The notes beneath the pieces are model-generated. The model ran no database searches, had not been told where the DNA came from, and saw nothing but the letters and a program-made list of their open reading frames with translations. Both the position numbers and the translations under genes were made by a program. From Rebecca billardiae RCC1528 (taxonomy: Eukaryota > Protista > Haptophyta), in contig OZ251225.1 in assembly GCA_965240325.2 (NCBI GenBank), positions 3,782,001 to 3,846,000 of the forward strand: 64,000 bases of DNA. The letters are read 5' to 3'. Shown here one piece after another: positions 10,197 through 22,548 of the stretch. Each line of letters opens with the position of its first letter. Position 1 is the first letter of the stretch.

Positions 10197-13100
10197 CTAG
10201 GAGCGCCAGCCCGGGCCGATATCGTTCTGCTCGGCCATCGAGCCGGTGCGGCTGCGCGGCGCCGACGCTCGGCGGGCGGCGGCGGCCGCGCTCGTCGCGC
10301 ACCGGCCGGGCCGCGGGCCGCGCTGCACCGGCGCGGCGGTCGCGGCGCGCAGCCGGCCCGCCGCCGCGGGCGTGGGGCGCGCGCGGTGCGGCGTCGTGCC
10401 GGTGGAGCGAGCGCCGCTGCCGCCATTCGGCGCGGCCGACGAGGCGGCGGGCGAGTGCGCGCGGCTCTTTGAGCGCTTCGAGGCTCCGCTCGTACCGCTG
10501 AACGAGTTGGTGCGGCGCAGCGGCGCGGGCGGCGGCGTCTGGTGGCGCGGCGGCGCGTGCGCGGCGGCGGCGCGCGCGCTGCCGGCGCTGCGCACCGCGC
10601 CGCCGAACTCCGCCCTGGGCGGCGCGGCGCGCGCGCGCGGCAGCCGTGACATCTGCGGCGCCTCCGCTCCGTGGCCGGGCGGCGCGCGGACCGGCGGCGG
10701 CCGCCCGTCGGCGAGCGCGCTCGGCGGCGCTGCGGACGCGGCCGGGCTGAGGGGGCGCACGCGCGGCAGGTGCGCCATGCCGCCGCCGAGCGTCGCGCCG
10801 TCGTGCGCGGGCGCGCGCGCGGCCGGGTGGCGGCCGCCCACGTCGGGCGAGGGCGGCGCGCGCTCCGAGTCGCTCGACGGCTGCTGCTGCCAGCGGCGCG
10901 GCGCCGCGCCGGACGCGGGCGGCGAGAGACCGTCGTCTTCGGTGGGAAAGTCGCGCACGTCGAGCAGCTCCTTGGAGCGGCCGGCGCTGAGCGGGCGCGG
11001 CGGGCCGGGCGGCGCGCTCGCCCCGTTCGAGAGCCGAGCCGGCGGCGCGCGCCCGCACCCTTCGGCCGCGGCGGCGGCGGCGCCGTGCGCGCACGCGCCG
11101 CCGTGCGCCGCGGCTGGCGGCGGCGGGCCGGCGGCGCGGCGCGGCGGGCTGCGCGGCCCGCCGCCGCCCAGCTCGGCGCTCACGCTGAGCGGGGGCAGCG
11201 GGCCGCCCCGCGCCGGCCCGGCCGCCTCCGCCGCGCCGCCCTCGCGCAGGAAGGTGGCGGCCGCGCGCGCCGCGCCCAGCCGCCGCCGCCGCCCGAGCAG
11301 GTGCCACCCTTCCACCGAGGCGCGCGCAAGCAGCAGCTGCAGCAGCGGCCGCGCGCGCACGCCGGCAAGGTGGCCGAGTGCGCCGGGCGCGGGCGCGGCG
11401 GGCGGGAGCGGCGGCGCGAGCTCGCGCAGCAGCGGCAGCGCCGCCGTGGAGGCGGGCCCGCCTCTGCGCCCGCTCGCGCCGCCGCCGCCCGGCGACGCGC
11501 TCGGCGCGCCATGCGGGCCATGCGGGTGCGCGCCGCCCGCGCCGCCCGCGCCGATGCCGAGCGGCGGCGGCAGCCTGCACACGATGGCGAGCAGGTGCTC
11601 CTCGCCGAGCGCGCCGCCCGGCTTCAGACCCGCGCGCACGCGCGCGATCACCTCCTGCTCGGCGCGCGGCGGCGGCGGGCGTGCCGCGGGCGCGCGCCGC
11701 CGCGTGAGCGCCGCTGGGCGCGGCGCGGCGCGGCGCGGCGCGGTCGCGCGCGCGCGCAGTGCGTGTGCGTGTGCGTGTGCGCGTGTGCGCGTGTGTCGCG
11801 CGTGTGCGCGTGTGCGCGTGTGTCGCGCGTGTGCGCGTGTGCGCGTGCGCGCTCAGGAGGGCGGCGTGCGGCGCACCTCGTACAGGTCCAGGTCGGCGTT
11901 GCTCACCACGCTGCCCGGCCGCGCGGGCGGCGCGACGAACGCCGAGACGGCGGCGGCGACGAGCACGGCGCGCAGCGCGCACCCCAGCAGCAGCGCGCCC
12001 ACACACAGCCACGGGCGCGCCACCCAGCGCGCGCACCCGCCCGGCGCGCGGAGGTCGCAGCGCGCCGAGCCGGCGGCGGCGGCGACGCTCGCGTCGGCGA
12101 GCTCGACCCAGCCGTCCAGGCCTGCGGCGCGGCGGGAGGGGCGCGGCGGCGCGCGTGCGCGGCGCGTGAGCGCGTGCGGCGCGGCGCGAGGGCGCGCGGC
12201 GGCGGCGCGGCGCGCGGCGGCGGCGGCGCGGCGGCGCGCGTCCGCGCGTCCGCGCGTCCGCGCGCGCACTCGCGACAGCCTGGGCGGCGCCGAGCGCGCC
12301 GCCGAACGAGCGCCAGTTGGACGCGGCGGTGAGCGCGTCGCCGTCGTCCAGCGCGGCGTCCTGGCCCAGCAGCTGCACCGCGAGCAGCGCCCACACCGCC
12401 GTCGCCACGCCGAGCAGCGCCGCCGAGTTGGCGAGCGGCAGCGCGGCCGCGCGCGCGCCGCTCAGCAGCGCGCGCGCGCGCGCCGAGAAGGATGGAAGGC
12501 GCAGCGCGCGCACGGGGCGCAGCGCGGCGAGCGCGGCGGCGAGGCCGCGCGGCGCGGCGGGCGCGGCGCGCGAGTACAGCGTGAGCGCGTCCACGCCCAC
12601 GTCCGCCAGCGCCAGCGCCAGCACGAGCAGCTCGAGCGAGCGCCACGGCGCGGCCGCAAACGCGCGCGCTCCGGCCGGCTCGGCCGCCCAGCGCGCCGCC
12701 GCCTCCGCGCAGAAGAGGGCAGAGAGCGCGTGGTGGCAGAGGTGCAGCGCGGAGGAGGCGCGCGCGGGGAGCGCGGCGCGGCGCGCGGCGAGGCACGCCA
12801 CGTTCGCCACGAGCGCGAGCGCCACGAGCGCGTCGAAGCCGCGGCTGCGCACGAGCGCGGCCGCGGCCGCGCGGCCGCGCGACGCGGGCGGCGGCGCGCG
12901 CGCGCGCGACGCCGCGGCCGCCGCCTCGCGCACGCGGCGCGCGGCGGCCCACTCGGCCTGCGCGCGCGTGACGAGCGCGTGGCGGCGGTGGAGCTCGTGC
13001 TGCGCCGCGCCGCCGCCGCGCGGGCGCCACTGGCACACGAGCGCGCCCACCGCCAGCCCGGGCGCGAGCGCGCGGCAGAGCAGCAGCCATGCGGCCGCGA

Positions 13101-14023
13101 GCGCCGCGCCCGCGCCGCGCGCGAGCGGCGCCGCCGCGCCGCCGCCGTCCGCGCGCGCCGCGCGCGCGACGGCGCCGAGCGCGGCGGGCCAGCGGTCGAG
13201 CGTGCCCAGCTCGACGAGGCGCGCGAGCGCGTGCCCCGTCGAGCCCCACGCCCGCTCCGCCTCCGCGCCGCCGAGCAGCTGCGCGCACAGCGCCGCAGCG
13301 CCCAGCCAGCACAGGCCAAGGCACAAGCCAACCGCGAGGCCGCGGCGCGCGCCGCCGAGCGCCGCGGCCGCGCGCCGCAGCGGCGGCACGCGCGCGACGA
13401 GGCGGAGCGGGCGGAGGGCGCGCGCGGGGCGGAGGCACGCGAGCGCGCCGAGCACGCCGCCGCACGCGCTCAGCTCCGCCAGCGCGCACGCCAGCACGAT
13501 CGCGCCGTCCGCCACGTCGAGCGCCGAGCGCGGCGGCCGCGGCGGCGGCGGCGCCGCCGCCGCCTCGCGCGCGCGCGCGCCGGCCGCGCGCGCGCCGCTC
13601 GCGCCGAGCGCGCGCGCGCCGAGCTCGGCGGCGAAGAGCGCGGCGAGGGCGCGGTCGGTCCACGCGAGCGCGGCGACGAGGCGCGCGCGGCCCGGCCCGA
13701 GCCCCGAGCGCGCCTCGCGCAGCAGCGGCTCGTCCAGCGCGCACGACGCGCACGCCACCGCCACCAGCGCTAGGGCACACGACTCAAAGCCGCGCGCCGA
13801 GACGGCCGCGGCCGCGGCGGCGCGCGCGCGCGCGGCGGCGGGGCGGAGGCGGCGCGCGGCGGCGGCGGCGTGCGCGGCGCACGCGGCGCGCGCGCGGCCG
13901 AGCGCGGGCGCGCGCGTCGACGAGCCGAGCAGCGGCGCGTCGTCCGCCTCCGCGCGCAGCTGCGCGCCCCGCTCGGCCGAGCCCGCGCCCGCGCCCGCGC
14001 TTGCGGCCGCGGCCGCGGGCCGC

Positions 14024-14074
<51 letters not shown>

Positions 14075-15532
14075 TAGCCGACGAGCGCGCCGCCGCTGTC
14101 GGCGCCGCGCTCGGGCGGCGCGTCGTCGTCGGCGAGGACCGCGTCGCGCACGATCGCGCCGCTCACCAGCGCCCAGCCCAGCGCGCCCACGCACGCCACC
14201 GCCGCGCCGAACGCGGCGTCCGCGCCCGCGCCGGCCGCGCCCGCGCCCACGCCGTCCGCGCCGCCGCCTGCCAGCAGTGCGAGTGCGCTGCCGAGCGCGC
14301 CGCCCGCTGAGTCCCAGCGCCACGCGGCGGGGTCGGCGTCGGCGGCGTGCGCGAGCGCGCGCGCGTGCGCCCCCGCCGCCCCCGCCCGCGGCCCGAGCGC
14401 GTGCGTGCCCCACCCCGCCGCGCACGCGCCGAGCAGCAGCAGCAGTGCCGCGGTGGGCGCGGCCGAGCGCGCGGCCGCGCCGCAGTGGCGGAGCGCGCGC
14501 GCGAGCGAGGCTGAGGCGCGCGCGAAGCGGAGGAGGCGCAGCACGTGCAGCGCGTGGAGCACGGCGGCGGCGAGCGCGAGCGCGAGCCCGCCGCGCGCGC
14601 CCGCCTCCGCGCCGCCCGCCCGCCCCACCAACGCCGGCGGCCAGCCCCCCGCGCGCGCCGCGCCGACGCCGAGCTCGGCGGCGGCGAGCGCGGCCAGGGC
14701 GCCGTCAAGCGCGCCGTGTGCAGAGTGCGTGAGGTGGCGCGCGCCGTGGGCGGCGAGGAGGAGGCCGAGCTCGAGGGGGAGCGCGAGCGCGAGCGCGAGC
14801 TCGAGCCGCGCGCGCGCCGCGCCCCACGCGCCGCCCGCCCCCTCCAGCGCGAGCGCGGCCGCGGCGGCGCAGCTGAGGCCGAGGCGGAGGCGGGCGGCGG
14901 CGCGCGTGCGCGCGGCGACGGCCGCGGCGGCCGCGGCGCGGCGCGCGTCCGCCGGCGCGCGCGCGAGGATCAGGAGCAGCGCGGCGAGGACGGGCAGGAG
15001 CACGAGCGCCGCGAGCACCTCCGCCGTCGGCCGCCTCGCCGCCTCGGGCAGCCGCAGCCCCGCGCACACCGCCTCCGCCCACGCGCCCACGTCCGGCGCC
15101 CAGCCCGCACGCACGAGCGCCGAGGGCCGCCCTGCGCCGAGCGCAAAGGCGGCCAGCAGCCATGAGCACACGAGGGCGAGGGCGCCGAGCGCGCCGAGCG
15201 CGCGCCGCGCCACGCGCGCCGTGCGCTGCGCGCGCTCGCTCGCGCCGCGCGTGTGCGGCGCGGCCGCGCCCAGCAGCATCGGCCGGCTGCCGCTGCGGCC
15301 GCGCTCGGCGCCGCCGCGTGCTGCCCACAGCGCGCGCCACGCGCGCGCCAGCCGCGGCGCGCGCTGCGCTGGCGCGGGCGGCACGCCGAGGAAGGCGGCG
15401 AGGAGCTCAGCGTCGACGGCGAGCATCCCCTGCGCCTGCGCCATCGCCGCCTCGGGCCCGAGCTCCGCCGTGCGCGCGCGCGCCGCCACCGCGCCCAGCA
15501 GCCACCGAGGCTTGGGCGACGACACACCGCCA

Positions 15533-15578
<46 letters not shown>

Positions 15579-17140
15579 TCGCGGCATCGGCGGCGCCGCC
15601 GCCGCCGTTGGACGCCGCGCCGTTGCGCGCAGCGCCGGCGGGCTTGGGCGGCTCGGGCGGCGAGTCTGCCCAGTCCGCGCGGCTCGGCTCGCGCGAGGCG
15701 AGGCGCACGAACACCGCCGCCCACGCGCGCTCGAGCGCCGCCGGCTCGCTGAGCGGGTCGGCGGCGCTGAGCGCGGCCTGCAGCGCGGCGCGCGACGGCC
15801 GCGCGCGCTCGCGCTCCGGAAGCGTGGCGACGAAGGCCTCCCAGCGCGCGCGCGAGAGCGAGGCGGAGCCGTCGGCGAGCCACGCCTCCGCCGCCGCCGC
15901 GCGCCCGCCCTCGCTCCCCGCGCGCTCGAGCAGCGCCTCCGCCAGCGCGCCGAGGCCGAGCGCGCCGCCGCCAAGCGCAAGCAGCAGCCATGCAGCCCAG
16001 TGCCAGAGCGCGGCGGCGCCGCCGGCCGCGCTCGCCGCGGCGCGCGCGGAGGCGGTGCAGCCGTCGAGCAGCGCGCACTCGAGCGCGGCCCACAGCGCCC
16101 AGCCCGCGTGCTCGAAGGACACGCCCGCCTCCAGCCCCGCGGCCCCCGCCTCCGCCGCGCCGCCGCCCGGCAGCACACAGCGCTCTGAGAGTGCGCACTG
16201 GTGCGAGCCGGCCGCGCCGCGCGCCGAGCACGGCGGCGCGCCGCCCAGCCAGCCGCGCTGCGCGGGCCACGAGGCGGCGGCGTCGGCCGCGGCGGCGGCG
16301 GGGACGCAGCGCGCCCACAGCTCGCCGCGGAAGAGCTCGACGCCCGCCAGCGCCAGCACGAGCGCGCCGGTGCCGCCGAGCAGCGCAAGCGCCGGGCCCT
16401 GCGCCCACGCGGCGCGTGCTCCGTGCATCGCCGCGCGCCGCAGCGGGCGCACGCGGCTGATCGCGCGGAGCGGGCGCGCGGCGAGGAGCAGCCGCGTGGC
16501 CAGGGCGGCGCCGACGGCCGGGATCGCGAAGGCGAGCCTGGCGCGCGCGGTCGGGGCCGGTCGGGGCGGGGGGTGGCGGCGCGGCGCGCGCGCGCGCGTG
16601 TGCTGAGGCGCCGGGCAGAGCGTGCGGCCGCGGCGCGCGAGGCGGCCGCCGGGGCGGAGATGCGCGCGGCGCGGCGCGCGCGCACCAGCCCAGCACGACG
16701 ATGAGCAGGTCGAGCCAGTGCCAGACCGCGCCCGGCCCTCGCGTGTACGAGTGCGCGCCCCAGCCCACGCCCATCGCGCACGCCTTGAGCAAAATCTCGG
16801 CGCTGAAGAAGGCGAGGAGCGGCAGCTCGCTCGCGTGCGCGGCGTGGTGCAGGGCGGGCGGCGCGGGCACGAGCCCGTCGCGCACGCCCGCGCACGCGCA
16901 CGAGTACACGATCGCGCCGAGGACGAGCGCGTCAAACGCGGCGCGCTCGGTGAGCCAGATCAGCGAGTGCCGAGTCGGGCCGCCGGGGTAGAGCGCGCAG
17001 AGCACGCGGCCCGTGTAGATGCGCCCTCGGGCGGAGACGACGACGCCGTACCCCTGCGCGCGCAGCCTCGCCGCCTCCGCCTCGCGCCAGTCCGCGAGCT
17101 CGAGCGCGCGGACGAGCGCGTCGTAGACGTGCTGCACCAT
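10197..17140 (-). CDS. Highly divergent four-domain voltage-gated cation channel alpha subunit (Cav/Nav-like); at least 3 introns
   Basis: S2/S3 FFSAEILLKACAMG..WHWLDLLIVV; four S4-like arrays (RLLLAARPLRAISRVRPLR, VLRLLRFAR, LRPARALRPLRLVAR, LRPVRALRL); GVELFRGELWARC; pore segments ECALLDG, GTLDRW, ASLDGW; C-terminal CRLPPPLGIG like Cav IQPPLGFG. Introns 16538-16685, 12122-12269, 11655-11876 restore the frame. Confidence 0.8.
11759..11850. repeat. Intronic alternating purine-pyrimidine (GTGTGC/GCGT-type) tandem repeat
   Basis: gcgtgtgcgtgtgcgtgtgcgcgtgtgcgcgtgtgtcgc... inside predicted intron 11655-11876. Confidence 0.8.
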
Positions 17141-17507
17141 CTCCCGTGCGTGGGGCTGCAGGGCGGTGCGGAGCACCTTTGAGCGGTCGTCGCTTCGTGC
17201 GCTCGATCAGGTTTGAGGTTTGGCTCACTGGAGCTACTTTTAGGCCAGCCCAATTTTTGGGCGCGTACCCCCATATGTATCGGGAATCGGATATGAACGT
17301 CCGGCTCGGCTTGACGTCCGATCTCCGTCGATGCCGTCCGCCCACCGCCCTCCCGGCCTCCCGCCGTGCACTCGGCTCCGAAGCCTGTCACAGCCGTCGG
17401 ACGGTGGGACCGGCCCACCCGCCCGCGTGCAGCCCCGGGGCTAAGTGGTCCATGATGGTGGTGTACACGCGGCCAGTGCATGCATGATGCACGTGGCCGA
17501 CAGCTAG

Positions 17508-20098
17508 TTACACACGCGACTTGGCGCCCGCGGCGCCATCCGCTGCCGCGGCCGCGGCCGACGCAGACGCAGACGCGTTCGCATCGGCCGTGCCGCCGCC
17601 GCCCGCACCCCCGCTCGCCGCCGCGCCGGCCGGTGCCGCCGCCGCCCCGTCGGCGTCGTCGCCGAGGGGCTTGGTCGTGAGCAGCCCGTCGAGAGGCACC
17701 CGCTCTGTCCTCGCGCCCTCCCCCGGCGCGCCGCCCCCCTCCTTCTCCGCCTCCTCCAGCAGGAGCTGCTCGACGCGGTCGCCCATCAGCTCGAGCTGCT
17801 CCTTCATCGACTTGCGCACGTAGTCCGGGGGGATCGCCCACCAGTCCGGGTCGTCGGCGGTGATGAGCTCGCACGAGGGGAAGGCGAGCGTGAGGTGCAC
17901 CGACATGGCGACGGGGATGCGCATCTTGACGGGGAAGAGGCCGGCGGGCACCTTCTCCTCGAGGAAGGAGCGGGCCTGCGCAGAGCGGCGCGCGCGCGGG
18001 CAAAGTGTCGGGCGAAGGGGCGCGCGCGGCGCGGAGCGCGCCGGGGGCGGAGGCCAGGCGGCGGGTGGGCACGCGCGCGCCTGGGCGCGCGCCGCCCCGC
18101 ACGAGCCTCGGCGCGTGTGCGCGCACCCCGGCGGCCGTGCGCCCGCCCGCGCGCGCGGCGCACCTTTGCGATCTCCCTGTTGAGCGGCGCCACCATCTCC
18201 AGCAGCGCCACGAGCTCGTCGGTTGAGATCGGGAAGCCGGAGACCATGTTGGCACGGCCCTGGGGCGTGGCCGAGGGCCGAGGGCGCGCGGAGGCGGTGG
18301 GGCCCGCGGGGGGCGGGTGAGAGGCTCGGCGGCGGTGCGGTGCGGCGCGGTGCGCTGCGCCGGCAGCCGAGATCAGCCGGGGCGGGCGGCCCCGGCCGCG
18401 GTGCGCGCGCGCCCCCGCTGGGCGCTGGCCCTTGGGCGCTGGGCGCTGGGCGCTGGGCGCTGGGCGCTGGGCGCTGGCCCTCACCGTGGCCTTCTTCTTG
18501 ATCGTCTGCACCTCCTCCTCGTCAGCATGGCCGCCCTGCCGCTTGGAGCGGCCGAACACGCCGCCCTTCTTCGGCGCGGCCGGGCCTGGCGCGCCCTGCG
18601 CGAGGTACTCGGCGAAGCTGTCGGGCAGCGCCTTCACCACGCCCGTCTTGGCCTTGCGCTCGATCTGCAGGTCGGACGCGGCCGCAAACACGGTCGTCTC
18701 CCACGCGCCGATGCGCTCGCTCTTGTAGCCGTCGCGCAGCCGCAGCCGGACGGGCTCGAACGACGTGTTGGCCGTCTGCACGTTGACCTGCACGATCTCG
18801 GAGGAGGTGAGGAAGTCGATCTCCGCGTCGAGCGAGTCGCCGTCCTTGTGCGCGGAGAGCATGCCCGCGTCCTTGACAAAGAGCTTCCGCTCGTCGTGGT
18901 TGAGGATGCACAGCTCCTCGGACGTCCGCTCGCCGTTGAAGCGCATCGAGACGTTGCCCCGCTTCCACTTCATCCCCTCGAAGCCGACGATGGACGCGTC
19001 CACGCGCAGCTTGGTGCCCACCTTCCAGATGGTGTACTCGTCGTACGGCGCGAGCTGCTTCACGATCGCGGAGAACACGGGCGAGCCAAACTCCCACGAC
19101 ATGGTCATCTTGAAGTCAGGCATGCGGCGCATCGCCTCGAGCACCACGGGCTTCTTCTGCGCCCACAGACGCATGTTGGCCTCGTGCGACGCGGCGAGCA
19201 GCTCGCGCAGGATGCCGATGTGCCCCTGCACCACCGCGTCCTCGATCACGGTCCACCCCGCCGAGTTCTTCACGTTCACGTCGTAGCCCGCCTCGAGCAG
19301 CAGCCGCACGACCGGCAGGTTGTGCCGCAGCACCGCGATGTGCCCGGGCTGCGCGCGCGGCGCGGCGAAGGGCGCGCGCGCGCGCGCATGCGTGAGCGCG
19401 TGCGCGCGGGGGTCGGTCGCGCGCGTTTCGCGCGCTCGCGCGCTCGCGCCCGAGCCGCCCGGCCGCACGCCCCGCCCGGCGCGCGCGCGCGCGCGCGCGC
19501 GCACCGTGTTGCCCCTCGGGTCGAGCATGTGCATCTCAGAGGGGAACTGCGTGCAGTACCGCCGCAGGCTGTCGAGGTCGCCCACGTACGCGAGCTCGTG
19601 CGCGCGGTACGCCTGGCCGTCGTTCTCGGCGTCCTTGAAGACGTCGGCGGTGCCCGCGCCCTCGTCGCCCTCCTCGCCCGTGTCGCCCTCCGCGCCGGCC
19701 GACGCGTCCTCCGCGCCCGCGTCGGACCTCGCACCCACGCTGGGCGGCACGGCCTCGTCCGCGTCGAAGAGCGAGCTGGCGACGCTCACCGCGCTGAGGA
19801 GCGGCTGGAACTTGGTGAACAGCCGCGCCATTGCCTCGCCGTCGCCCTCCCCCGCCACCGCGCGCGCGTACAGCTGCTGCGTCTCCTCGTCGGCCGCGAG
19901 GAAGAGCGGCGCAAACTGCTGCAGCACCTGCTGGAAGCTGCGCGCGCCGTGGGTGGTGAGGATGCGCTGGACGGTGTCCTGGATCGACGCGTCGCGCACG
20001 CCCGAGAGGATCACCAGCGTCTGATACAGCTGGGCCGCGTCGAGCGGCTGCTGCTCATCCGCTGCGGGCGCATCGCCCGCCTGATCATCCGCCATCAT
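17508..20098 (-). CDS. ANKRD13: Ankyrin repeat domain 13-like protein (ankyrin + GPCR-chaperone domain); 3 introns
   Basis: Ankyrin DPRGNT|PGHIAV..LLLEAG..KNSAGWTVIEDAV; MPDFKMTMSWEF..APYDEYTIWKVGTKLRVDASIVGF..WKRGNVS; FPVKMRIPV; IPPDY. Introns 19349-19504, 18260-18484 (contains a tgggcgc 7-mer repeat), 17976-18163. Confidence 0.85.
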
Positions 20099-20337
20099 TC
20101 ACGTGCCAAGATCAGTACCGTGGTGATGCGCCGTTGGGCGTGGGCGTCACCAATTCCAATAATTCTAATTTATGGATTTACGTCGACGACGAAATAGTTT
20201 TTTCGGCGCGATTCTCCTTCTGATGATCGAATTAACTCCCGACGTGCCGGCTCTCCCGACGTGCCGGCTCTGATGAGGACGCGCGAGCGGGCGCGAGCCG
20301 CGGCGTGGCTCGGCCCGTCGCGCCGCCGCCCTGCCGC

Positions 20338-21780
20338 TCACCTCCCCGCGCGCTCGAGCAGCAGGTCCTCCTTCATGTTGACGAACTCGAGCATGAACCG
20401 ATTCGAGCCCGGCTCGAGCACGCTCGGCGGCTGCTCTCCGCTCTCGTCTACCTCGCCGTCCTCGCCGGGCATCGCGGCGCCCTGGCCGCACTGCGCGGCC
20501 ATCCACTCGAGCTCCTCCTCCTCCTCGCTCACCAGCCTCCACACCTCGAGCGTCGCGATGCGGAAGCTCGGCTCGGTCGAGAGCAGCGGCGCGCGGAACC
20601 CGGGGCACGGCAGCGCGCTGCCCGTCTGCAGGTCGGCGCTCAGCCGCAGCCCGAACGAGTCGAGCGTGCCGCCGAAGGCGATGTACTCGGCGCCGGTGCA
20701 GTAGAAGTTGTCGAGCGGGAGGCTGCCCAGCTCGCGCCGGCAGAACACGCGCGCGCCCTCGCTCGCGCTGCTCGGCGCGGCCGCCGCCGCCGCAGCGGGC
20801 GCCTCTGCCGGCGCGGCCGCGGCCGCGGCCGCGCGCTCGGCGGCCGCCGCGAGCGCGCCGGCCGCGCGCACCTGCCGGCTGGGCAGGCTGAAGAGGAAGG
20901 CGCCGCGGCCCTCGTCCGAGCGGTACTGCGGCTCGGTGCGCCGGCGCAGCGGCACGGGCACGAACACGCCGAACCTCGTCTGCTCGCCCGTGCCGCGCGC
21001 CGGCAGCTGCCTGACGAGAAGAAACGCCGGCGTGTGCGCGCGCAGGCACTGCATCAGCAGCGTGAGGCTGTGCCCGTCGCGCTTGGAGGAGAAGGCGAGG
21101 CGGAGCGGGCGCGCGAGCAGCGGCGCGAGCTGCGCCCGCCCCGCGCCCTCCACCGCCATCCGCAGCAGCTCGCGCAGCTCCGCGCGCACCGCCCGCCTGC
21201 GCAGCGCGTCCACGTGCCACTCGTGCGCGCGCCGGCGCGTGGCGAGCTCGCGCAGCGCGGCGGCGGGCATGCGCGTGGCGCACGAGGCGCACAGGCCGGG
21301 CGAGTGCTCGAAGTACGTCATCTCCGTCGCCTCGCTCACGTGGCACCGCGCGCACGTCGACAGGTGCACCTCGCGGTACTGCAGCCGACTGAAGCAGCCC
21401 GGGTGCAGCTTCGCCCACAGGCCGGCGCACGACTCGATCTCGTCGCGCAGCTGGCGGCAGGTGGCCGCGGCGGCGAGCACGCCCGCGACGCCGAGCTTGG
21501 GCAGCACGTGCATCAGCAGCAGGTCGACGGGCATCGCGAGCAGCACGCCGCCCTCCACGCCCCGGCCGAATCCGGCCGCGCGCGGCGGGGTGCGCTCGGC
21601 CGCATCCGCGTCGTGCGCCGGGGCGGCAGCGGTGGCAGCCGACGGCGCGTGGGGGGTCGGCCTCCGCCCTGGATCCACGGGCCACCCAAGCGCCGCCACG
21701 AGCTGCCTCGCCAGCCGCTCCACGTGCGCGCACGCGTCGGCGACGGCGGAGTTCTCGTCGCGCGTGACCGGCATCCCCAT
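20338..21780 (-). CDS. F-box + TLDc domain protein
   Basis: F-box LLAMPVDLLLMHVLPKL..LAAAATCRQLR; TLDc LAFSSKRDGHSL, FGVFV, AFLFSL, YIAFGG, FGLRLSADLQTGS..CPGF, FRIATLEVW. Confidence 0.8.
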   Translation of the reverse strand: MGMPVTRDENSAVADACAHVERLARQLVAALGWPVDPGRRPTPHAPSAATAAAPAHDADAAERTPPRAAGFGRGVEGGVLLAMPVDLLLMHVLPKLGVAGVLAAAATCRQLRDEIESCAGLWAKLHPGCFSRLQYREVHLSTCARCHVSEATEMTYFEHSPGLCASCATRMPAAALRELATRRRAHEWHVDALRRRAVRAELRELLRMAVEGAGRAQLAPLLARPLRLAFSSKRDGHSLTLLMQCLRAHTPAFLLVRQLPARGTGEQTRFGVFVPVPLRRRTEPQYRSDEGRGAFLFSLPSRQVRAAGALAAAAERAAAAAAAPAEAPAAAAAAAPSSASEGARVFCRRELGSLPLDNFYCTGAEYIAFGGTLDSFGLRLSADLQTGSALPCPGFRAPLLSTEPSFRIATLEVWRLVSEEEEELEWMAAQCGQGAAMPGEDGEVDESGEQPPSVLEPGSNRFMLEFVNMKEDLLLERAGR

Positions 21781-21861
21781 TCGAGATTTCGCGCGACTCG
21801 TTCAGTCGCGACGGATCGGAAGCTCTTCACCGGACGTGAGAATCAGCCGCACGACGGCACG

Positions 21862-22548
21862 ATGCGCACGCCCGTCTCCGCCGTGCTCACGCGCTTGCTG
21901 CTCGTGCGCCACGGGGAGGTGATTCCCCCGGCTGCCGACTGCCTCTATGGCGGGATGGACGTGCCGCTCTCCGACCTCGGCCGCCAACAAGCCGTCGCCG
22001 CCGGCCGCGAGGCGGCCGCGCACCCCATCGAGCGCGTGTACACATCCCCGCTCTCGCGCGCTGTCTACGGCGCAGAGCAGCTCATGGCCGCGCAGCGCTC
22101 GCCGCCGCAGCTCTTCACCGAGCCAAACCTGCGGGAGATCGACCGCGGCTCCTGGGGCGGCCGCCCGCGCGCCGAGATCGAGGCGGAGTGCCCGGGCGGG
22201 CTGGATCGGCTGAAGGTAGACGAGCACTTTGCACCGCCAGACGGCGAGAGCCCGCAAGCGCTGCGCGAGCGGGTGCGCGAGGTGTACAGGCGGGTGATCG
22301 ACGCCACCCCGCCCGGCGGGACGGCGGCCATCGTCTCGCACATGCACGTCACGCGCTGCGTCGTGGCGGACGTGCTCGGCCTGCCGTTCAGCCGGTTTGG
22401 CGAGCTGGACATCCCGCTGGCCTCCAGCTCGATGGTCGAGGTCGACAAGGCGAGCGGAGAGATGTCCATGGCGTGGATCGGCCGCCCGCCGGACATGAGC
22501 GAGGCGGATGCGAACACGGACCTCGCTGGCAACACCTGGGGTGGCTAG
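21862..22548 (+). CDS. Histidine phosphatase superfamily protein (PGM/CobC-like)
   Basis: LLLVRHGE, PLSDLGRQQA, VYTSPLSRA, LREIDRGSW, PDGES, IVSH. Confidence 0.9.
   Translation: MRTPVSAVLTRLLLVRHGEVIPPAADCLYGGMDVPLSDLGRQQAVAAGREAAAHPIERVYTSPLSRAVYGAEQLMAAQRSPPQLFTEPNLREIDRGSWGGRPRAEIEAECPGGLDRLKVDEHFAPPDGESPQALRERVREVYRRVIDATPPGGTAAIVSHMHVTRCVVADVLGLPFSRFGELDIPLASSSMVEVDKASGEMSMAWIGRPPDMSEADANTDLAGNTWGG

Noticed and set aside
14025-14073. (GCC)n tracts (also ~15535-15577 and ~43338-43368)
   Set aside because: Ordinary coding poly-Gly microsatellites.
10246-16606. Very long plus-strand ORFs opposite the channel gene (also 48244-52707, 7125-9743, 42884-45322, 28295-30883)
   Set aside because: Antisense or off-frame shadows: Arg/Ala/Gly low complexity, no motifs, expected when stop codons are rare at this GC.
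9922-16935. 2337-aa ORF taken as the literal channel protein
   Set aside because: It reads through introns; only 12270-16537 is in the correct frame, and the true N- and C-termini are in other frames.
20220-20276. TGATGA...CTGA around a 17-bp tandem duplication as a C/D snoRNA
   Set aside because: No terminal stem or recognisable rRNA guide; TGATGA is common in these spacers.
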